Under the pieces are notes generated by a model. The model was not told the origin of the DNA, searched no databases, and saw nothing but the letters and a program-made list of their open reading frames with translations. Source: Myxococcota bacterium (GTDB taxonomy: Bacteria; Myxococcota_A; UBA796; SXON01). Taken from it: a stretch of DNA of 64,000 bases. The DNA is taken from the NCBI GenBank assembly GCA_040386535.1, contig JAZKFH010000002.1, forward strand, positions 1-64,000, written 5' to 3'. Shown one piece after another: positions 55,679 to 64,000 of the stretch. Made by a program: the position numbers and the translations under genes. Numbering within the stretch: position 1 is the first letter of the stretch; every line of letters begins with the position of its first letter.

Positions 55679-57283
55679 TCAGCGCGCCAGGCACGGCCCG
55701 GGGCGCTGGGGATTGCAGATCCGCCCCTCCACGACGGGCGCGATGCCCTCCGGCGCCGCCGCGAGCGCGGCCAGCACGCGATCCTTCAGGTCGGGCCCCG
55801 CCGCGCCGGTGGCCGCGGGGATCATCGTGTAGCCGTCCTGCCCGGTCTTGGGGTCCGCGAGGAACGTCGGCATCACCGCCACGAACCGCTCGTCCCTCCC
55901 GATGGGTTTTCCGGTGTCGAGCCACGTGAGGCGCGCGGCGGTCCCGGCGACCGGATCGTGGGCCCACGCGAATCCGCTCACCTGCAGCCAGTGGCCGTTT
56001 CCGGTCCACTCCTCCACCGCGCGTGCGACCACCTTCTCCAACGTGGCCCCGTCGATCTCCACCCGCGCGAGGGGTGTCGGGTACGCGAAGATCTCCTCGA
56101 TGTCCTGGCGCGTGATCGGCCCGGCCACGAGGTCCCGGTTGAGCCGGAGGCCGCCCGAGTTGACCAACGCGACCCTCGCGTCGGGGTACGCGGCGCGGGC
56201 CAGGTCGGCGATCCAATTCCCGAGGTTGGTCTCGAAGCGGCGGATCTCCAGCTCCGCGCCCACCAGCGGCACACGCGTGCGCCCCACCGGCGCGGCGAGG
56301 CAGCCCGATGGCACGCCGGCCTTCGCGCAGAAGCTGGCGTCGTGGGCGGCCAGCCGCGTGTCCACGATGGCCTTCACGTCGGGGTCCTCGGGGATCGTCG
56401 CGTCGAGGACGATGAGCTCGTCCTCGCGCTGGAGCGTGCCGTTCACCCGCCGGATGGTGAACCGCCAGGCGGAGCGCGCGTCGGCGTCGGCCTTGTAGGC
56501 CCGGTGCGCGAACACGTCGCCCACCTGGTTGTCGTGCTCGTGCCCGCCGAAGATCACATCGGGGCCCTCGTCGCCGAGCGCCATGAAGATCGCCTTGTCC
56601 TCGTCCATCGACTGGTGGGTGAGGGCAACGACCACCTCCGCACCGGCGGCACGCAGGGTGGCGGTCTGCGCCTTCGCGGTCGCCACGGGATCGGCGAAGG
56701 TGGTGACGAACTCCGCCGACTTGCGGTCGGTGGTGATGCCGAAGATGCCAATCGCGATCCCGCCGCAGTCGAAACGACGGGCCGGAATGAGCTTGGGATC
56801 CTCGATCAGGGGGGCCCCGGACTCGCCGGGCGCGAACGTGATGTTGGTCCCGAGCCACCGGAATTGGGACGAGCCGATCAACGCGTCGAGCGCCGCGCCG
56901 TCCGCCATCTTGCCTGCATCGAACTCGTGATTCCCGAACACGACGTACATTCGTGGGTCGTCCGCCTGGGTGTCACCGTCGAGCGCGGAGAGCACCTCGA
57001 CCATCTGCGCGCCCTTGTAGGTACGCGACAGGAGCGACGGCGCGAGAAAATCGCCCGCGTGCAGCAGGGTGACCGCGCCGTACCGCGCCTCGAGCCGCGT
57101 CCGAAGCGTGCGCACGCGCGCCAGACCGCCCGTGCCGTCCGCCTGCGGCTCGATCCGGTAGGTGTCGTTGATGCTCAGGAACGTGCACTGCGCCTGACTC
57201 TCGTCCGGGGAGGGCAGCCCGACGGGCGGCACGGGCTTGGGGACACATCCGGCGATTACGAGGAGGACGAGCGGACGGATCAT
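55679..57283 (-). CDS. 5'-nucleotidase / bifunctional metallophosphatase lipoprotein
   Basis: NDTY, GGLAR, AGDF, GNHEFD, LTH, GGHEH, ETNLGN, NSGGLR. Confidence 0.92.
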   Translation of the reverse strand: MIRPLVLLVIAGCVPKPVPPVGLPSPDESQAQCTFLSINDTYRIEPQADGTGGLARVRTLRTRLEARYGAVTLLHAGDFLAPSLLSRTYKGAQMVEVLSALDGDTQADDPRMYVVFGNHEFDAGKMADGAALDALIGSSQFRWLGTNITFAPGESGAPLIEDPKLIPARRFDCGGIAIGIFGITTDRKSAEFVTTFADPVATAKAQTATLRAAGAEVVVALTHQSMDEDKAIFMALGDEGPDVIFGGHEHDNQVGDVFAHRAYKADADARSAWRFTIRRVNGTLQREDELIVLDATIPEDPDVKAIVDTRLAAHDASFCAKAGVPSGCLAAPVGRTRVPLVGAELEIRRFETNLGNWIADLARAAYPDARVALVNSGGLRLNRDLVAGPITRQDIEEIFAYPTPLARVEIDGATLEKVVARAVEEWTGNGHWLQVSGFAWAHDPVAGTAARLTWLDTGKPIGRDERFVAVMPTFLADPKTGQDGYTMIPAATGAAGPDLKDRVLAALAAAPEGIAPVVEGRICNPQRPGPCLAR

Positions 57284-57482
57284 CGGGACACCTGGCGAAG
57301 GAGCGTCCCGGTATCAAGTTCCCGGAACCAGGGTGACACGGGGCGCCCGCGCGACGACATCCCGCGCACCCCACCGATCGTGTGGCGTTGAAGCGGTGCT
57401 TTGAGCCTGCGTACTCTTGTAGTAGCATGGCGGGGACGCCCGCTGATCCCACCGGGCGCCGCCCACCAACGGAGGAAACGCC

Positions 57483-58274
57483 ATGTCCACCCGCACGCTG
57501 ACCCTGCTCCCCTTGTTTCTCCTCGCGCTCCCGCTCGGCTGCACCGGCACGGACAAGGTCGACACCGGCGAGGCGGCCGACACGGACACGGATACCGACA
57601 CGGACACCGACACGGACACGGATACCGACACGGACACGGACACCGACATCGATCCAAATGAGTCGTCCGGCACCATGTACTTCCAGGACTTCGGCACCGG
57701 CGCGCCGCTCGAGGGCGTGAGCGTCTCCGCCGCTGGGGACATCTTCCTGTCCAACGCGACCGGCGCGACGCTCCTGTCGATCCCGAAGAACGTCACGACC
57801 GACCTTCAGATCACCTTCGCCGGCTACATGCCGACCTACCTGTACCTCTCCGCCGATGACACGAGCGACTGGGTGCTCGGCTTCGGCCTCGCGTCCAGCG
57901 CGCTGGTCGGCGCGGTCGAGGGCGCGTTCGGCATCACCTACGATCCGACGCTCTCCACCATGATCGTGGCTGTGCAGGAGCCCGACGGCGCGGGCAGCTG
58001 GCAGACCGCGGGCGGCGCCACCGTCAGCCTCGACGTGGCCTACCAGGGCGGCGTGAGCCGTGGCGCGGACGGCAACTTCGCCCCGACCGCCACGCTCGCC
58101 GCCGGCGGCGGCAATTTCGTGGCGTTCGCCAACGTGGCGGTGGGCGCGGTGAACGTGACCGTCACGCCCGTGGGCGGCCAGGTCTGCAGCACCGCCCCGT
58201 CGACCACGCGCGCGGACCTCGCCGTCACGACCTACGCCGACTCGCTCACCTCGGTGATCGTGCGCTGCCAGTAG
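57483..58274 (+). CDS. Lipoprotein with Asp-Thr repeat
   Basis: GGAGG SD; PLGC lipobox; (DT)n; beta-rich domain. Confidence 0.8.
   Translation: MSTRTLTLLPLFLLALPLGCTGTDKVDTGEAADTDTDTDTDTDTDTDTDTDTDTDIDPNESSGTMYFQDFGTGAPLEGVSVSAAGDIFLSNATGATLLSIPKNVTTDLQITFAGYMPTYLYLSADDTSDWVLGFGLASSALVGAVEGAFGITYDPTLSTMIVAVQEPDGAGSWQTAGGATVSLDVAYQGGVSRGADGNFAPTATLAAGGGNFVAFANVAVGAVNVTVTPVGGQVCSTAPSTTRADLAVTTYADSLTSVIVRCQ
57579..57653 (+). repeat. Asp-Thr hexanucleotide tandem repeat
   Basis: (GACACG/GATACC/GACACC)n. Confidence 0.9.
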
Positions 58275-58437
58275 TAAGGTCAGGAGGCCGGGCAGCCGGC
58301 CGCGCGGACGCGCCGCCGCGTCGGCCGTAGTGTCTCCGGGAGCGGCGGCGGCACCGGTGCCTTCGTGGCCCTGCCCGCCGCCCCATCGCCCCCCGGCCCC
58401 TCGCCTGCTACCATGCCGCGGACGAGGTCTCGCGCGC

Positions 58438-59397
58438 GTGCCCTGGAAGCCCCTGCTCGATCCGGCCACCACGTACCGGGGCGAGCACCTCTCCGCCGCC
58501 GCGGTCGACGCGCGTGTGGCCCAGGCCCGGGCGTGTTTCCGCGCGCACGTTCAGGCGCTCGGGCGGCTGGAACAGGCCTCCTCGGCGAGCCCCGCGCCCG
58601 CCCCCCGCTTCGTCGACGTGCTCGCCGCGGCGGTCGGCCCCGGCGACGTGATGACGGCGTGGCGGCGCTGGCGGGAGGCCGCCGACGCTGACGCCCGTCC
58701 GGAGGGCGGTGCGCTCGATCGGCTCGAGCTCACCGTCGAGGACGCCCAGCGGCAGGTCTCCCAGCTGGCCGCGTGGATGGACGCCCTCGCCGCGGAGGAG
58801 GCCGCCGTGCGCGCGGAGATGGAGGCGCTCCGTCGGTGTGTCGCGGACGCCGCCGCCAACCACACCGTGGCGCATGCTCGGGCGGAGGCATCGTCCCGCG
58901 GCCTCCTGGCGATCGAGCTCGCCCGCGCCCGTGCGCTCCCGACGGAGGGCGCCGCGCTCGACGCCGACGCCGCCGTGCTCGAAGGGCTCGCCCAGGCGCG
59001 TGCCGCCGAGGCTCGGGCCTTCGAACACGCGGCGGCGCGGCTCTCCGCGGTGCTCGCCTTCGGAGGGGAGGCGCTCGCCTCGTTCGCGCGGCTGCGCGCG
59101 GCCCTGGAGCGGGTGCACGCGGAGGGCAGCGGCGTGCTCCACGAGCTCGACCTCCACCTGGGCCAGCTCGCCGCCGAGGCCCGCGCCGCCGATCTCGGGC
59201 ACGGCCTCGCGGCTGGGATGGACACGTTGCGCGGCTCCGTGGGGCGGGTGCACCTCCAGGCGCGGGAGGGCGCGGATCGCCTCCTCCATCGCCTGGACCG
59301 CCTCGCCGAAGCCCCCGATCTGCTCGCCCCCGTCGACCCGGCGCGCGCCGCGGCGGAGGCCGAGGTGGCGTCGCTGCTGACAGGCCGCCGTGGCTGA
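58438..59397 (+). CDS. Hypothetical coiled-coil protein
   Basis: TGCTACCAT -10 (58406-58414), GAGG, GTG 58438; long heptad helices. Confidence 0.7.
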   Translation: MPWKPLLDPATTYRGEHLSAAAVDARVAQARACFRAHVQALGRLEQASSASPAPAPRFVDVLAAAVGPGDVMTAWRRWREAADADARPEGGALDRLELTVEDAQRQVSQLAAWMDALAAEEAAVRAEMEALRRCVADAAANHTVAHARAEASSRGLLAIELARARALPTEGAALDADAAVLEGLAQARAAEARAFEHAAARLSAVLAFGGEALASFARLRAALERVHAEGSGVLHELDLHLGQLAAEARAADLGHGLAAGMDTLRGSVGRVHLQAREGADRLLHRLDRLAEAPDLLAPVDPARAAAEAEVASLLTGRRG

Positions 59398-60313
59398 CAT
59401 CGCCCCGCTCGAATTGGATCGCGCCACGGCGCAACGGTGGGCCGCGCTCGTGGGGCGGGCGCTCGACGCCTTGCGCCTGAACCGCCAGTTCCCAGATTGG
59501 GAGCGCGTGCGCGACCACGTCGCGGCGGCGGCGGCAACGTCCGGGGCGGCTTCCGGGGCGCCCTCTGGAGGGGCTGGCGGCGGGCTCCGCATCGACCGCG
59601 GAAGCGGCCTCCCCGTGGCCCGCGAGTGGATGCGCGTCCGGGTGGAAGCCGAATTGGGAGCGGGTGTCAATACATCCGGTGGCATCGGTACACGCGCCCT
59701 CCCCGCCCGCGAGGTGCACGTGGCGCTCCGCAACCTGGTGGGCGACCGCGCGTCCTACGCCGTGCGGGTCGACCGCCTGGACATCGTGAGCACCACGGTG
59801 ACCCGCTACTCGCTCATCCTCTCGGATACGCCGGGGCGCGTCGTGAGCGCGGGCGAGCTCGCGCTGGAGGCGGCGTCCCGCTTCGCGCGGCAGCTCGAGC
59901 TGCTCTCCACCCAGGACGCCGCGTTGGCCTTCGCCGTGCTCCGCCAGGAGGGGCTCGACGTCGAGGAGATCGTGCGCGGGGTGGTGGGCCCGGCGGCGCT
60001 GCTTCCCGGCGATCCACTCCTCCCCGATGGCGACGGCGGATGTTGCCCGGAGGCCCTCCGCGGGCTCCGCTTGCACGGGCCGCTCGTCTCCGCGTGCCTC
60101 GAGCGCGCCTCGCTCGATCTCGCCGATGGGCGCATCGACGATCCGCTCGCCGACTCGATCGTGATGCCTTCGGCCACGGACCGGGCGCGGCCGTTCGGGC
60201 TCACGCGCGGGCGCAAGTGGGCGGTGATGGCACGCGACGTGCCGACGCTGCGGGCGTGGCTCGCGGATCGAGGGAGCCGCGGGCTCGTGTACGGATACCA
60301 GGGGGAGCCATGA
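59390..60313 (+). CDS. Hypothetical protein
   Basis: Overlaps both neighbours; globular composition. Confidence 0.7.
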   Translation: MADIAPLELDRATAQRWAALVGRALDALRLNRQFPDWERVRDHVAAAAATSGAASGAPSGGAGGGLRIDRGSGLPVAREWMRVRVEAELGAGVNTSGGIGTRALPAREVHVALRNLVGDRASYAVRVDRLDIVSTTVTRYSLILSDTPGRVVSAGELALEAASRFARQLELLSTQDAALAFAVLRQEGLDVEEIVRGVVGPAALLPGDPLLPDGDGGCCPEALRGLRLHGPLVSACLERASLDLADGRIDDPLADSIVMPSATDRARPFGLTRGRKWAVMARDVPTLRAWLADRGSRGLVYGYQGEP

Positions 60314-61944
60314 GCAAGGCGCCATCGACATCCGCGGGGCGGCGCAAGGAGCGGGAGGGGCGCCACGTCTCGGTCGGCGGCGCCGCGGCGGACGAGGTGC
60401 TCGACAGCCTCGTGCAGCAGTTCTCCGACCGCTACGCGTTCATCCGCGAGCTCATCCAGAACAGCCTGGACGCGGGCGCCGCCCGGATCGACGTGCGCAT
60501 GGCGTTCGACGGGCGGGAGCTGCGCATCGAGGTCGCGGACGACGGCGACGGCATGGATCGCCCGATCATCGAGGGCTACCTCCTCACGTTGTTCCGCTCG
60601 ACCAAGGAGGACGACCTCACCAAGATCGGCAAGTTCGGCATCGGGTTCACCTCGATCTTCGCCATGGATCCGGTGGAGGTCGTCGTCGACACCGGGCGCG
60701 ACTCGGTGTGGCACCGCGTCACGTTCGACGCCCAACGCAGCTACACCCTGTCGCGGCTGGCCGATCCGTTCGAGGGCACCACGGTGACCCTCAAGATGGC
60801 CCGCGGGCGCAAGGCCGCCACGGAGGACGTACGCCAGGTGCGCGCCGCCGCGGTGCGGTGGTGCCGGTACGCGGACGCCGCGATCACGCTCGAAGCGACC
60901 GGCACCGACGAGGAGTGGGCGCCTACGCCCGTCGCGGCGCCCTTCACCGTCGACGCGCCGGTCGTGGTGGTCGACACCTCCGACGGCGTGCACGCGGTCA
61001 TGGGCCCCCACCCGTCGCGCACCCCGCCCGTGGGCTTCTACAACCGCGGCATCACGCTCTGGGAGGGCGACGAGCGCGCGATCCCCGGCGTGTGCTACCG
61101 CGTGGCGGGGCGGCACCTCGAGCACACGCTGACCCGCGACAACGTGATCCGCGACCGCCATTACGAGCTCGTCGTGACGCGGATCGGCGAGACCGCGCGT
61201 GTCCGTCTCGGCGCCGCGGTGCACGCCGAGGCCGAGGCCGCCGCTCGTGCGGGCGATCTTCGTCGGGTCGCGAGGTTGTACGCGGCCATCGCCGACGAGG
61301 TCCCGTGGGCGTGGCGCGAGGACGTGCCGCTGCTCCCAGGGCACGGCCGCCCGTTGTCCCTGGCCGACCTGCGCGCGACACGGCGCGAGGCCCTCGCCGG
61401 GTGGGTCGCGCGCCTGCGTGGGGCGCCGATCGTGGCGTGGTGGGCGCCGCCCGACTGTCCCATCGGGGCCGCGGTCGCGGCGGCGGGGACGCCGGTGCTG
61501 GTCGCCGACGTCCACGACGAGCCCCACGTCGCGTTCGCGGCGCGCCACCTCGGCGCCACGCGCCAGTCGGTCGCGACGGGGTGGGCGTTCGCGACGCCGG
61601 TCGCGGCGCCTTCGGCCCTGGCGGCGTTGTTCACAGGGGCGGTCGTGCCCGCCCGGTTCCACGGTGACGCCCTCGACGGCCGCCTCGCGGTCGCGATGCC
61701 CTCGGCCGCCGGCGGCCTCCTCGACGTTCCCCTCCCCGCCCCTCGCGCCCGGGACGCGCTCCTCGTCGACATCAGCCACCCGCTCCTCCGCGAGCTGGGC
61801 GCCCTCTCTCCCGCCGTCGGGGGCCTCCTCCTCCTCCACGCCGCGCGCGCCTCGGCGGGCTGGTCGGACGTGGATGCGCGGCTCGTCGACACCCTCGCCG
61901 CGGCGCTCGCGCCGCCCGCCGCACCACCGGGAGGCGCGTCGTGA
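60310..61944 (+). CDS. HSP90-like GHKL ATPase
   Basis: RELIQNSLDA, DDGDGM, IGKFGIGF, GTTVTL (four Bergerat motifs); ATGA overlap. Confidence 0.88.
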   Translation: MSKAPSTSAGRRKEREGRHVSVGGAAADEVLDSLVQQFSDRYAFIRELIQNSLDAGAARIDVRMAFDGRELRIEVADDGDGMDRPIIEGYLLTLFRSTKEDDLTKIGKFGIGFTSIFAMDPVEVVVDTGRDSVWHRVTFDAQRSYTLSRLADPFEGTTVTLKMARGRKAATEDVRQVRAAAVRWCRYADAAITLEATGTDEEWAPTPVAAPFTVDAPVVVVDTSDGVHAVMGPHPSRTPPVGFYNRGITLWEGDERAIPGVCYRVAGRHLEHTLTRDNVIRDRHYELVVTRIGETARVRLGAAVHAEAEAAARAGDLRRVARLYAAIADEVPWAWREDVPLLPGHGRPLSLADLRATRREALAGWVARLRGAPIVAWWAPPDCPIGAAVAAAGTPVLVADVHDEPHVAFAARHLGATRQSVATGWAFATPVAAPSALAALFTGAVVPARFHGDALDGRLAVAMPSAAGGLLDVPLPAPRARDALLVDISHPLLRELGALSPAVGGLLLLHAARASAGWSDVDARLVDTLAAALAPPAAPPGGAS

Positions 61945-64000
61945 GCGAAGAGATACTGGCGACGGGGCGTTTCCGCGTAGACCGCCGCCGCGCCCTCGAG
62001 AAGATGGAGAAGTTCCAGCTCGCCGACCCGCGCGCCTACACGCTGGAGCTCGTCGCCGCCGCGGTCTCCGCCGGGGCCACCCGCATCGACGTGCGCAACG
62101 ACAGTGACGACTTCGAGCTCTCGTGGGAGGGCGACGGCCCCACGCGCGACGAGCTCGACGGCATCTTCGACCACCTCTTCGCGAAGCCCACGACACCGCG
62201 CGCCGGCATGCTCCAGCACCTCGCCATCGGCGTCCTCGGCGCGCTGGGGCAGGCGCCCACGTGGGTGCGGGTCGACCGCGGCGGCACCCCGCCCCTGCGC
62301 CTCTCGATCGACGACCCGACGAGCACGCTCGCCGTCGAGCACGCGCACGGCGTGACCGGGACCCGCGTCCACGTGCGCCAGCGGCTCTCCGCGCAGAACC
62401 TCGCCGAGGCGCTGCTCCTTCCACTCCGCGATCCGGGCGAGGCGCGGCTGCTCCGCGAAGCCGCGCGCTGGTGCCCCGTGCCCGTCTACATCGGCGGGAA
62501 GCCGATCGTGGCGCCGATCCCCTCTCCTGCACGCGCCATCTGGGCCTCTCCGAGCGGGGCTTCCCCTAGCGGCGCCTCTCCGGGCGGTGCTCTCTGGCTG
62601 GTCCCCGACCCTCGGCAGCGCGTCGACGTCGTGCGCAAGGGGATCGTCGTGGGGCAGGTCGAGCGGAACGTGGGTCAGCTGGGGGTGGCGGGCTGGTTCG
62701 CGGGCGACACGCTCCACCTCGACGCCTCCCGCGCCCGCGTCGTCGAGGACGACACGTGGAAGGGGTACGGCAAGGCGCTGGATGACGCGGTGGCCGCGCT
62801 GCTGGAGGGCCTCGCGGAGGCCGCTTCCGCCCGGCCCCAGCCCCTCCCTGAGGCAGAGCGCGCCGAGCTCCTCGACGCAGCGGCGTGGCTCGGCGAGCAC
62901 AAGCGCCCGATCGGACGCTACGCCGCGCTCCCCCTGCTCACCGATCTTGTCGAGCGGTCCTGGTCAGCCGACGAGCTGCGTGCGTTCGAGGGCCCCAAGG
63001 GCACCCTGACGGACGTGGCCCTCGTGGAGGCGGCGTACGGGTGCGTCGTGTTCGCGGCGACGCTCCGGACCCCCCTCGAGACGCTCTGTCCGGGCCTCCC
63101 CGACCTCACGACGCTCCTGCGCACCCGCGCCGAGGGGCAGGAGCGCCGCCGTCTCGCCGCGCACCGGCGTCGGCCGGCCGAATTCGCGCCGTCGGCCCAC
63201 CAGCTCGTCTTCACGGAGGGGCCGCTGCGCGGCGCCGTGTGTTTCCGCGAGGGGACGGGCCTGCAGGATCTGCTCGTCCACCTGCGGATCGACGGGATGC
63301 CGGTCGAGGACGTGGCGATCCCCTCCCCGGCCGGGGCGATGGAGGCCATCCTCGACCACCCCGGCTTCGCACCCGACGAGGGCTTCCGCCACGTCGCGCC
63401 CGACGCCACGCGCGCCGCCGCGGAGGCCACGTTGCTCGCGAAGGCGCGGGAGTTCGCGGCGGCCCACGTCGATCGCCTCGCGCGCGGCGCCTCGTTGTCG
63501 CCCGCCGCGATGGTCGTCCTCACCGCCGCCGTCCGCGCCGCGGGGGCCAAGGCACGGGAGGATCTCCCCGCGTTGCTCGGGCGCCGCGGTGACGACGCCT
63601 TGCTGCGCTCCCACGCCTTCGCGTGCGCGGACGGCCGCCGGCTCGGCCTCCCCGACGTGCTCGCGCCCGGTCCCGCCTGGATCGTCGTGACCCGCGTGCC
63701 ACGCGACTGCCCGCCGTCGCTCGCGGCCACCGTGCTCGTCGTGCCCGACGACGTGCTCCCCACCTGGCTGGGCTGGCTCGGGGCGCGCGCGAGCGACGGG
63801 CGGACCACGCTCGAAGACGACATCCGCGGCGCCCGCCGCCGGGCCGCGCCGAAGCGTCGCGCCGTGCTGGACGGCCACTTCGTACTCCGCGCCCCCGTGG
63901 CCCACGGTGGCTACACGGGCGAGCTCGGGCTCGACGGCAGCACGGCGGCGCCCCGTATCGAGCTCCTCCGCGACGGCATCCCGGTGTGCACGGTGTCTCC
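61941..64000 (+). CDS. Degenerate GHKL/HSP90-like protein, truncated by the window end
   Basis: GGAGG then GTG 61941; FRVDRRRALEKMEKFQLADPRAYTLELVAAA..GATRIDV, GTRVHV, CPVPVYIGG; I found no stop before 64000. Confidence 0.7.
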   Translation, partial: MSEEILATGRFRVDRRRALEKMEKFQLADPRAYTLELVAAAVSAGATRIDVRNDSDDFELSWEGDGPTRDELDGIFDHLFAKPTTPRAGMLQHLAIGVLGALGQAPTWVRVDRGGTPPLRLSIDDPTSTLAVEHAHGVTGTRVHVRQRLSAQNLAEALLLPLRDPGEARLLREAARWCPVPVYIGGKPIVAPIPSPARAIWASPSGASPSGASPGGALWLVPDPRQRVDVVRKGIVVGQVERNVGQLGVAGWFAGDTLHLDASRARVVEDDTWKGYGKALDDAVAALLEGLAEAASARPQPLPEAERAELLDAAAWLGEHKRPIGRYAALPLLTDLVERSWSADELRAFEGPKGTLTDVALVEAAYGCVVFAATLRTPLETLCPGLPDLTTLLRTRAEGQERRRLAAHRRRPAEFAPSAHQLVFTEGPLRGAVCFREGTGLQDLLVHLRIDGMPVEDVAIPSPAGAMEAILDHPGFAPDEGFRHVAPDATRAAAEATLLAKAREFAAAHVDRLARGASLSPAAMVVLTAAVRAAGAKAREDLPALLGRRGDDALLRSHAFACADGRRLGLPDVLAPGPAWIVVTRVPRDCPPSLAATVLVVPDDVLPTWLGWLGARASDGRTTLEDDIRGARRRAAPKRRAVLDGHFVLRAPVAHGGYTGELGLDGSTAAPRIELLRDGIPVCTVS

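Noticed and set aside
60310..61944. htpG or mutL
   Set aside because: Only the GHKL domain matches; HtpG middle/C domains and the MutL GFRGEAL motif are absent.
1..64000. tRNA, rRNA or IS elements
   Set aside because: None recognised by eye; a covariance-model search is needed to exclude small RNAs.

Overview
GC-rich bacterial chromosome segment, probably Myxococcota-like (MYXO-CTERM-type tail, MXAN_6640-like protease, Glt-like TPR protein, Asp-Thr repeat lipoproteins). It holds about 45 real genes; most long ORFs in the track are antisense or off-frame shadows. The window appears to span the replication terminus: a 28-bp dif-like site sits at 32875-32902, KOPS-like GGGNAGGG octamers switch strand around it, and xerD lies about 20 kb away in an rsmB-mutS-xerD operon. 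Core genes include rbfA-truB-rplS-yraN, nth, a yitJ-like HMT/MTHFR, a B12 radical SAM fusion and a YfgM/BamB-like pair. The best candidates for undescribed biology are: (1) a CpXC protein plus a poly-acidic HExxH metallopeptidase, beside a decayed effector-like gene (0.4-4.6 kb); (2) a translationally coupled four-gene operon with an intact and a degenerate GHKL/HSP90-like ATPase (58.4-64 kb); (3) recurring ultra-short uncharged lipoprotein signal peptides, often on apparently leaderless genes; (4) odd architectures, namely a long-GreA-like N-domain/pseudokinase/PP2C fusion, a catalytically dead PGI homologue and a GltC-GltD-like chimera. All family calls come from reading motifs by eye; no searches were run.
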